Shown piece by piece: positions 8,458 through 17,000 of a stretch of DNA of 64,000 bases. The DNA comes from a virus. The position numbers were made by a program, and so were the translations under genes. The notes under the pieces were generated by a model. That model worked only from the letters and a program-made list of their open reading frames with translations. It did no database searches and was not told where the DNA came from. Positions within the stretch are counted from its first letter, which is position 1; each line of letters starts with the position of its first letter. The stretch spans positions 9,337 through 73,336 of the IMG/VR virus record IMGVR_UViG_3300049740_002873. One strand, 5' to 3'.

Positions 8458-9708
8458 TTACGAAAGTAAAGTGAGAGCGTTGTCGCTTCCAAGTATAAAC
8501 AAACCGTTTGTCTTATCTTCTGGACCGCCAACTTGAGCAGTAAATGTGAGATCTACTGTTTTATTATCTCCTATTGAGGAAGAGAAGGATTCTCCGTCTA
8601 GTTGAGCTCCTTTTACTGTAAATTTGATAGCAGCATCTCCTCCTCCACCTTTTTTAGGTTCTTTCAAAGTAACTTCTAGGTCATGTTTATCATTGTCAAA
8701 AAGAAGGTCTGCTACATTTCCTTCTTTAAGGTCTGACATGATTGCGCTGACCGTAATTGAAATATTAATTGGTAAATCTGTGACTCTTGTGAATCCGTAT
8801 GGATTACCGAGTCTCTGAATTGGAGTTCTTGACATTGGAACGTCAATGCTTACGCTCTGTATATGAGCTGTTCCTTCTGTTGCTGTTGTGCCATCTGGAA
8901 GCTGTTCAAATTCTCCAGCTGCTCCGCCAGCTCCAAGTTTTAAAGTGATATCTCCTGGTCGAAGACATGCGACGCCCTCTGCCCCAAAGCCTTCATCTCC
9001 GCCAGCTAAACCAGTAACTGCTGCAGGAATAGAAAAATCAAGACCTTCGATCGGTGTTCCTTGCTGTATATCTACAGATGGTAAAGGTTTCTTATCGGTT
9101 CCTGTATAACTTCTTAAATTTAATCCGTCCACAGTTACGTTTGCTGTAGGCATAGCTCCCACTGCAGCTTCTACGGAATAATTTGAAACAAAACCATTTC
9201 CAAGAGCAATAACGCTTTTACTATCTGGATCGGTTGTCAAGTCATGACCTACTGCGTCTTTACCTTCTGGGGTTGTAAGAATAAAAAAGTTTTTACCTGC
9301 AATAGAGGGATCTTCTGTTGGTGTTCCTAGACAAACATCCCCAGCTAAAGCTGAATTATTACCAGCAACATCAAATCCTAAAATACTCTCGTTGACCCCA
9401 TTTGTCAAATAGTAAGAAAGATCTAATGTAACTGTTGGCGGATCAATGGCAACTGAATCGACTCTAGCCAATTGACCGAATTGATTTACATCTTGTCGGT
9501 TTACTGTAAAGCTATAGTTTGCGCTTTGAACTCTTCTAAGTTGATGGATATGGTTTTTAACGTCGCCTCCAACTGCTTCTGCGCCCTCTTTTGTTGGGTG
9601 TGATGTGGTTGTTCCATCTTTTGTTGCTGACCAGTGGTGACCGGTAGCGTCGACTGTGCCTGCATATAAGGCCTCGCTTTGGTAAATTACTCTTGCTCTG
9701 TTTGACAT
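8458..9708 (-). CDS. Major tail tube protein (probable)
   Basis: VQSANYSFTVNRQDVNQFGQ tube-like hairpin with internal duplication; lies next to neck genes and upstream of the chaperone/TMP region. Confidence 0.7.
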   Translation of the reverse strand: MSNRARVIYQSEALYAGTVDATGHHWSATKDGTTTSHPTKEGAEAVGGDVKNHIHQLRRVQSANYSFTVNRQDVNQFGQLARVDSVAIDPPTVTLDLSYYLTNGVNESILGFDVAGNNSALAGDVCLGTPTEDPSIAGKNFFILTTPEGKDAVGHDLTTDPDSKSVIALGNGFVSNYSVEAAVGAMPTANVTVDGLNLRSYTGTDKKPLPSVDIQQGTPIEGLDFSIPAAVTGLAGGDEGFGAEGVACLRPGDITLKLGAGGAAGEFEQLPDGTTATEGTAHIQSVSIDVPMSRTPIQRLGNPYGFTRVTDLPINISITVSAIMSDLKEGNVADLLFDNDKHDLEVTLKEPKKGGGGDAAIKFTVKGAQLDGESFSSSIGDNKTVDLTFTAQVGGPEDKTNGLFILGSDNALTLLS

Positions 9709-9771
9709 AATATTTAAATGGGTTTATTTGTTCTTGTATTTAATACATTTTATTTTATTGAAAGGGAATTT

Positions 9772-10620
9772 TTATGATAAAAATCTGAGATTTGTAACTT
9801 CAAAGTCTAAAAATCCTATAAATAATGAAGGATCTATATTTTTACTTACTCTGTCGCTAAGCTTTGACGCTCTAACTTCTTCGATGTGGAATAAATTATG
9901 TTTTTTATCTTCGTACAGAGATGAATAATTAAAATCTCCAGTAATGCCGCCAAGCTCTGTTAAAGGATAATCCGAGTATTTTAATTTTGGGAAAACTGCA
10001 TCTTTAGAGTCTGTGAAAACTGAAAGGGCTCCATCTAGCTGATATGTATTTTCTGCAAATACCACGCATCTGATATTTGTTGTTGTTTTGTTTTCTCCGC
10101 CAAAAGCAAATGCTTCATTATGAATCAACTCTGGATTAACAAAAATAGCTGGGACTGTTTGTTTATATGGAGCAATTCCCGATAATTCTTGCTTGAATCT
10201 TCCATTTTGATCGAACTTGCTTTCAACTATTAACTGTTCTTCTGTTTGGTTTGTAATGTAAAAGTTAAATTCTTTAACGGAATAAGAAGCGCTCAGGCTA
10301 TTTTTTTCTGCACCAAATGAAGAATCTAAAATTACTCGACCATTATCAAAGTCTAAAAGCAAACCGCTTTCTCCTGTGGTTATAAAATCTCCACTGTCAT
10401 ATATTCCCGAAGGAATTTGAGCTCCTTCGACATTGCTATCGAACACCCATTGTTTATGCGGACTACTATATGTAACAAAAGAACTTCCGAGTCTTTCGTC
10501 TTCAGGCATTGCGTATAGAGGAGATGTATAATTTTGATATGCTTCAGCTTTTGTTGTGACGTAATTATCTGCCCAAAGCATAAAGCTTGTTGTAAGTTCG
10601 TGTTGGAATTGTGGTTTCAT
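9772..10620 (-). CDS. Putative tail terminator/completion protein
   Basis: Directly upstream of the tube gene; P-AIFV...FAFGG...T..RCVVF pattern. Confidence 0.5.
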   Translation of the reverse strand: MKPQFQHELTTSFMLWADNYVTTKAEAYQNYTSPLYAMPEDERLGSSFVTYSSPHKQWVFDSNVEGAQIPSGIYDSGDFITTGESGLLLDFDNGRVILDSSFGAEKNSLSASYSVKEFNFYITNQTEEQLIVESKFDQNGRFKQELSGIAPYKQTVPAIFVNPELIHNEAFAFGGENKTTTNIRCVVFAENTYQLDGALSVFTDSKDAVFPKLKYSDYPLTELGGITGDFNYSSLYEDKKHNLFHIEEVRASKLSDRVSKNIDPSLFIGFLDFEVTNLRFLS

Positions 10621-10622
10621 TT

Positions 10623-11246
10623 TTAAAAATATTGTTTTGAAACTCTGGATGCTTCTATTGAATTTAAAGAGTCTTCAAAATCCTCTAATATACTTCTTAT
10701 ATACGGAATCTTAACGCGCGCTCCATTAGATAAGTTGTCATTCTGTATGCCCGCCCCAGATCTACTGTTGCTAGATTTTTTAAAAAGATATTGTCCTAGG
10801 TTTGGAATGCCTCGACCTTCTATATCTCTTAGCCAGCTTGCGCCATTTGCCCAAGGCATAGGAGTCATATCATATAATTCTTGAAGAGATGGAGAGGTTA
10901 CTAAAAAAGTCCATATAAAACCATAGGAACCAAATTTTCTGTTTTTTATTACGATAGACGTTTCTTTAAGTCTATTTTCTACCAAATCCAGTGGCGAATC
11001 ACCTGATTCAAAACCTATAAATCCAAAAAGATTGCCTGTTGGTAAAGTATTTGTAATGTTTGATGACCCTGACCCGTTTTTTATTTCCTTTGTGACTGGA
11101 TGTCTTAAAAAATGATTTATAAAATTTTTTTTAATAATCTTGAATTGATTTTCAATAAGTATTCTTCCTTCTTGAACCAAGGCTTTGTCATTTTTAATTT
11201 GATTATGTATTGCTAGTTTAAGATTTGTCTGTTTGATTTTCGCCAT
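10623..11246 (-). CDS. Putative neck/tail completion protein
   Basis: ORF track; position within the head-tail joining cluster. Confidence 0.45.
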   Translation of the reverse strand: MAKIKQTNLKLAIHNQIKNDKALVQEGRILIENQFKIIKKNFINHFLRHPVTKEIKNGSGSSNITNTLPTGNLFGFIGFESGDSPLDLVENRLKETSIVIKNRKFGSYGFIWTFLVTSPSLQELYDMTPMPWANGASWLRDIEGRGIPNLGQYLFKKSSNSRSGAGIQNDNLSNGARVKIPYIRSILEDFEDSLNSIEASRVSKQYF

Positions 11247-11706
11247 TTGTCTCTATAGGTTTAAGGAATAAAGTATAAAATTGTATTTTGTCGAATAATC
11301 CGTGCGCTCTAGGATCCGATTCTACATGGAACATTCTGCCGTCAAGCTCAATTCTTTTTGCGTCTTTTAAATATGCAAAATCTTCCGCTTTTAATTTTAT
11401 TCTAACTAGACTGCTTGCATTAGGTCTTGTTACTTTTACTTGAGTATCTGTTTCTCCGAAAAATTCTAAAGACCTATCTGTATCGTATCTTATTCTTGCT
11501 TTAAATATCTTTTTTACTGGCACGTTTTCTACGCTAGGAGTCTCCGCTCCACCATTACCATATAAATAGTTGTAACTAGGGTCTGTGCTTACGACAACTT
11601 TTTGAGCTTCTTTATAAACAATTATGTCCCTACCGAATGTATCGTGAAGGTTTAATAATTGAGAAGAAATGCTTTCTTTTTGAGAAGATGTAAAAAAATC
11701 TGCCAT
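11218..11706 (-). CDS. Putative head closure/stopper protein
   Basis: Start moved to MADFF at 11706, just after a GTGTA motif; beta-rich C-terminus RIELDGRMFHV. Confidence 0.5.
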   Translation of the reverse strand: MADFFTSSQKESISSQLLNLHDTFGRDIIVYKEAQKVVVSTDPSYNYLYGNGGAETPSVENVPVKKIFKARIRYDTDRSLEFFGETDTQVKVTRPNASSLVRIKLKAEDFAYLKDAKRIELDGRMFHVESDPRAHGLFDKIQFYTLFLKPIETNGENQTDKS

Positions 11707-11712
11707 AAATAT

Positions 11713-11739
11713 GGATACACCAAACTTTTTTGTGTATCC
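11713..11739. promoter_or_regulatory. Back-to-back GTGTA putative late promoters (8-bp inverted repeat)
   Basis: GGATACAC-N11-GTGTATCC between divergent genes. Confidence 0.7.
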
Positions 11740-11760
11740 TTTTTTAAGGTATAAGGTAAT

Positions 11761-12048
11761 ATGGACGCAGAAGGCATTTTTAAAAAATCTTGCCAAAGGA
11801 ATACGGTTTCCCTTTTTAAAGGGTTTCTCGTTATGCTTGAAGATTTACATAACGAACATCAGATTCATTTTGAAAAATTAAAAAGAAATCTGCCAGAAGG
11901 TTGTGTTCCTATAATTGATCAGGCTGATTACTTCGATGACGAAAAACTCCAGTACCTTAGAAAAAGAACTTTAGATATTGGTAACGAAACAATTAGAAAT
12001 ATCGAAGGAGATTTAGATAATTATACTATAGGTTTTACATTTAAATAA
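11761..12048 (+). CDS. Hypothetical protein
   Basis: ORF track; preceded by AAGGTATAAGGTAAT. Confidence 0.8.
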   Translation: MDAEGIFKKSCQRNTVSLFKGFLVMLEDLHNEHQIHFEKLKRNLPEGCVPIIDQADYFDDEKLQYLRKRTLDIGNETIRNIEGDLDNYTIGFTFK

Positions 12049-12049
12049 T

Positions 12050-12892
12050 ATGAGCACTACTACAACTAAACAAAAAGAAGAAAATACTGAAGAAGTTAAA
12101 TCAATCATCGATGAAACTAGAAAAAAAATGAAAGAAATTTATAGTTTCACTTTCGAGAAAAAAGAAAAAACAAAAAGGACTGAGGTCAGCCGCACCAAGA
12201 ACGAAGAGACTGGAGAAGAGGAAGAGGTTTCTATCACTAAAGAAGTTGAAGAACCTGTTGCGTATAGAGTAATCTTAAAACAGCCTACCCGAAGACAAGT
12301 CGAGGAAGCTGAATTAGAATTTAGCGTCGAAATGAGTAACTGCATTAAGAAAGGAATTTTAACAAAAGCAATGCTTGCAAAAAAATATAGTGATACTGGA
12401 GGGTTGTTATCCGAAGTAGATGCAAAAGCTTTAACTAAAATGTATGTTAAATACGGCGAATTGACTCAAGAGAGCGAAAAGATTCAGGTCAAGATTAAGA
12501 AAACAGAAGATGACGAAAAAAGATTAAAAGCTTTGGCTGAAGAAATTACCACTCTTAGAAAAGATATTGTTGATGTTGAAACTTCTTACTCTAATTTATT
12601 CAATCATACCGCAGATGTGCGAGCGGAAAATAGAGTGATTCAATGGTATATATTAAATTTAACTTTTATTCAAAAAGAAGATGAGGATGAATCGAAACCC
12701 TTATTTGAAGGTATCGACTTTGAAGATAAGCTTGAGAGATATTATGAATACGAAGAAGAGGGTAATGACTTCTATGATCTCGTGGGCAGTAAGATCGCGG
12801 CTTTATTTAGTTTTTGGTATTATAGTTCAGGTATCGTCACTAGAACAGACTTTGAAAAGCTAGATAGTGATATTGAAGAAGGTAAGGTTTAA
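12050..12892 (+). CDS. Putative tail assembly chaperone
   Basis: Acidic coiled-coil protein located between the tube gene and the TMP. Confidence 0.5.
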   Translation: MSTTTTKQKEENTEEVKSIIDETRKKMKEIYSFTFEKKEKTKRTEVSRTKNEETGEEEEVSITKEVEEPVAYRVILKQPTRRQVEEAELEFSVEMSNCIKKGILTKAMLAKKYSDTGGLLSEVDAKALTKMYVKYGELTQESEKIQVKIKKTEDDEKRLKALAEEITTLRKDIVDVETSYSNLFNHTADVRAENRVIQWYILNLTFIQKEDEDESKPLFEGIDFEDKLERYYEYEEEGNDFYDLVGSKIAALFSFWYYSSGIVTRTDFEKLDSDIEEGKV

Positions 12893-12897
12893 TATGC

Positions 12898-13884
12898 GTG
12901 GAAACTGTAAAGCGCAGAAAAGTTTTTAGAGACATTGTTCGCGGTTATTCTACTGCGATAATTCAAGATAAAGAAGTATTTATTAAACATCTTACTCCTC
13001 ATGACCAAGTTGAGCTTGAGGAAATAGAAGAAAGATACTTTTTGTCTGCACAAAAAAGAGGCGTTCCGACAGAAAAGGATATGCTTGATTATTTGGAAGA
13101 TGAAGGTCAATGGACAAAAGAAGACGAAAGAGATATTACTGAAAAGAAGTCTTATCTTAAAAATCTAGAAAAGACGTTATCTCAGTTGGTTTTAGGAAAA
13201 GAAATAGAAAAGCAAAAAAAAGTAATCGAAAAAGAAAGAAAAGAGCTTAACGAAAAACTAAATCAAAAAACTGCTCTAATAGGTAATACTTGCGAAAAAT
13301 ATGCAAAAGAAAGAATGAATGATTTTTATGTTATTAATAGTTTTTTTAAAGATAAAAATTTTAATCATAAATTATATGAAGAAAGTGATTTTGATGAACT
13401 AGAAGATTTTGATCTTAAATTATTGGTTAATACATACAATAGTATATTTGAATTTTTTAGCGAAGAAAATGTTCAATATACTGTACTAGAAGAATTTTAT
13501 AATCCATATTTAAGTTTTGCTGAAGATAGCATGCAGTTTTATGGAAAACCATTTTGTGAATTAACATACAATCAGGTAAGATTAATTGTTTATACTAGAA
13601 TATTTAAAAATATATTTGATACAAATGAAAATATACCGGAAAGTATATTAAAAGATCCAGTTAAATTGTTGGAGTTTGGTAGCAGTTCTAAAGACGAAAA
13701 AGAAAAAAGAAAAAAACAAATGTATGAAGGTGATGGAAGTACTATAGTCGGAGCAAAGCAGGAAGACTATGAAAGGCTTGGGGTTGATCAGGGAGTTAAG
13801 TCTGTGAGCCTCCACGAAGAAGCAAAAAAGAAAGGCGGAACTTTAGATATGGAAGACTTAATGAAGCTTCATGGTGTAACATAA
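12898..13884 (+). CDS. Putative tail assembly chaperone 2
   Basis: GTG start; charged coiled-coil protein immediately upstream of the tRNA and TMP. Confidence 0.5.
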   Translation: METVKRRKVFRDIVRGYSTAIIQDKEVFIKHLTPHDQVELEEIEERYFLSAQKRGVPTEKDMLDYLEDEGQWTKEDERDITEKKSYLKNLEKTLSQLVLGKEIEKQKKVIEKERKELNEKLNQKTALIGNTCEKYAKERMNDFYVINSFFKDKNFNHKLYEESDFDELEDFDLKLLVNTYNSIFEFFSEENVQYTVLEEFYNPYLSFAEDSMQFYGKPFCELTYNQVRLIVYTRIFKNIFDTNENIPESILKDPVKLLEFGSSSKDEKEKRKKQMYEGDGSTIVGAKQEDYERLGVDQGVKSVSLHEEAKKKGGTLDMEDLMKLHGVT

Positions 13885-13899
13885 TGTATAGTGAGTTTT

Positions 13900-13973
13900 A
13901 GCCTGGTGGTGTAATGGTAGCACAGAGGTTTTTGGTACCTTTAGTCGGGGTTCAAGTCCCTGCCGGGCTGCCA
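13900..13973 (+). tRNA. tRNA-Gln (anticodon TTG)
   Basis: Cloverleaf folded by hand: acceptor AGCCTGG/CCGGGCT, D stem GTGT/GCAC, anticodon stem GAGGT/ACCTT with loop TTTTGGT, T loop TTCAAGT, encoded CCA. Confidence 0.93.
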
Positions 13974-14008
13974 CTATAACTATTTAGTTCATCTATCAGA
14001 TTCTTTTG

Positions 14009-14039
14009 GTGTATTATACCATATAAGGAATAAGGTAAT
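14009..14039 (+). promoter_or_regulatory. GTGTA putative late promoter plus AAGGAATAAGG leader element
   Basis: GTGTATTA...AAGGAATAAGGTAAT-ATG upstream of the TMP. Confidence 0.65.
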
Positions 14040-17000
14040 ATGGCTATTAATCTTGATGTACATGGTAATACAACTCCTCTCGAGGCAGAGGTTCGTGCTG
14101 CAGTCAATAGAATTAGAAAAATTCCCGTCAAATTAAGTATTGACGATAAGGGAGCTACCCAACCATTGGGTAACATGCGTAGAGGCGCAGATGAATTTAC
14201 CAAATCTATGGAGGCCGCTAATGCCCGTATCATTGCTTTCGGAGCCAGTATGGCGATCATCAATGGAGTAGGAAATGCATTTAAGGCTCTTGTGCGAGAT
14301 GTGGTTGAGGTTGAAAAATCTTTGGCAGATATAAATGTTGTCATGGATTTAAGCACAGAAAAACTTGATAAATTTAGTGATGGTTTATTTAAGGTGGCCA
14401 AAGAAACTGGTCAAGCATTTAAGGTTGCTGCAGATGCCGCTACAGAATATGCTAGGCAAGGTTTAGGGGTTGAAGAGTCTTTAAGAAGAACAAAAGATGC
14501 ATTGATTCTTACTAGGTTGACAGGTATGGATTCTGCAGAAGCGGTAAAATCCTTGACCGCTGCAATGAATACATATGGCCATCAAATAGAAAATACTACG
14601 CAGTTGGTTAGTAAGTTTGCTGCAGTTGATGTTAAGTTTGCTGTTAGCGCTGAAGATTTTGCAGATGCTATTTCTAGAACTGGTTCTGCTGCAAAAGGAG
14701 CTGGAGTTGATATTGACGAGTTGATAGGTATAGTAACTGCCGCCCAGCAAAAAACTGCTCGAGGTGGTAAAGTGATTGGTAACTCCTTGAAAACAATTTT
14801 TACTCGTGTTGGAAGAGCCGACACTTTAAATCAATTAGAAAATTTAGGTATTGCTGTTAGAGATATTGAAGGAAATACATTAGGGGCCAAAAAGATTCTT
14901 ACAGATTTGGCGAATACATTTGATACTTTGAGCGAAGCTCAAAAAGCCCAAATCGCACAAACAGTTGGTGGAGTATTTCAAATCAACGTATTAAAAGCAA
15001 TTCTTGGTGACGCAGCAAAACAAAATGGTATTCTTGCTAATGCAACTCAAATATCTGCAAACGCAACAGACGAAGCGATACAGAAAAATGAAATGCTACG
15101 TGGTACTATTGCAGCTATGGCCAGTGAAACTGGAACTGCTATAAAACAATTGAGCAGCGACATCGGAGAAATTGCCTTGGCTCCAGGCATTGAAAAAATT
15201 CTCAGCACAGTCAAAGGTTTTGCTGAAAATTTAAGTGGTGTGCTTGGAGATGGAGAAAGTACAGGTAATAGATTTGCTACAGGCTTGTTGAAGGGTATTG
15301 GTAATATTATTACTGGTCCGGGTCTAGTTGTTTTAGTTGGTGTATTTTTTAAACTTTTTGGTCAAGCTTTTAAATTTACAAGAGATAGTTTAAGTTCTCT
15401 TATTGGAATTACTAGTGAAGCACAAAAACAAAAAGCGATACAAACATCTCTTGTCGATCTTATGGGTCGAAACGCAAATTTAAATAAAGAATTGCTGAGG
15501 ACAGATATCGGGAGATCCGAGAAAGAAAAAATAATTCTAGGCTACTTAAAAGCGCAAGTTGCAGAAGCAAATGTATTAAACAATATTTCAAAGCAGCTCG
15601 CATCCACTTTGTATACAAAAGGTTATGGAGCAAACTTAACTCCCGTAAGAAGGGGTCGAGCTCATGGTTATGTTCCTAATTTTGCACATCCAGAAAGAGA
15701 AGAAGCTGCTAAGGGTGGATATGCAGCAGGCAATATTCGCAGTATGCATATGCCTGGCGAGGGCTCGATTATTTACAATAGCGCAGAGAAAGTAAAAAAT
15801 TTCAAAGGTATGACGCAACCCGCGATTATGCCTCCAGAATCCAGTAAGGCTGGAAAAAAATATCAACAAGCATTTGGGGATATACATGGATTTGATCCGT
15901 ATGCTGCAGGGGGATATATACCTAATTACTCACAAACAACCGCAAACGCTGATAGGCGTATGGTAGTTTTTGCAGCTTCTACTCAAGGAGGTGGTAAATT
16001 TGGTGGTCAAGATAATGTTAATAACAAATTTTTTATATCTCCACCAAAAAAGAAAAACGAATCTTATAAATTTGCTGACGTTAGCAAGCAAGGAGCTAGG
16101 GGTGCGAGCCCAAGGGGGATGATCCCTGTTAATGTTCCATATTTTACAATCGGGAAAAACGACGCAAAATTAAATAACCATCCAGATGTTCAGTCTTTTA
16201 TTTATGCTAAAATGAAAAAAGCTGGGCAAGCAGTTGCACAAGACGTAGCGAATAAACTTTTTAAAGTTAGAGGTGCAAGCGTAAAAAAAATTGAAACCAA
16301 AGACATTGCTGCATCGTCTGGCAATATATTTGAAGCTGCTATTATGGCTGCTCAAAATAAGGTCGCAAGAGAAAGTATGGGCCCTGATCCTGTTGGTAAT
16401 ACATTGTTAGATATTCCCAGAAAAGGCAGAGATAAATTATGGGATTTATTTGGAGCTGGAACCCTTGGTGGTTTGGGCGCCGAAGCCAAAATAGCATTAG
16501 GAGGTTTGGCTTCAAAAGCTGGAAAGCATTTAAAAAGTGCTGCAGAAAAATTTTATAAAGTAGATATAGAGAAAAAAGCTGCATTTGGAGGTCAGGCGCC
16601 AAAAACAAATTTTTCTCAAAGCTCTGCATTGGGTGGTTTGTTAACTAAAAAAGGTAAGGATATTTATGTAGGTGGAGAAAAATTTGATAATTTGTCTGAC
16701 GAACAAAGCAAAAAATTAAGAGGTAAGGGGCTGGAGCCTGGGGGAAAGACGGGCATGTTTAGTTTTAAGCAATTAGAAAATTTGCCGTTTTCAGCGGGTG
16801 GATATATACCTAATTTCGCGGCCATGGCTATATCTAGACTTGGAGGTTTAGGGAAAAGTAAGTTTGGCTTGGCTGCGGTCATAAATTCTAACCCGTACTT
16901 CTCACAACTGCTTAAAAGATACGGTCATTGGAAAAACTTTCCGAGCCAAGAAAAAACAAAATTAAACAAATTTTTATTAAAGCAGGGATTCACGAATCGA

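Noticed and set aside
12880-12900. Programmed -1 frameshift joining the two chaperone genes (lambda G/GT style)
   Set aside because: The second ORF is in the -1 frame, but that frame has a TAA at 12883 and there is no XXXYYYZ heptamer in the short open overlap
13874-13901. dif-like site (CATAA-TGTATA core)
   Set aside because: Only one arm resembles a Xer box, it overlaps a coding end, and no recombinase is present in the window
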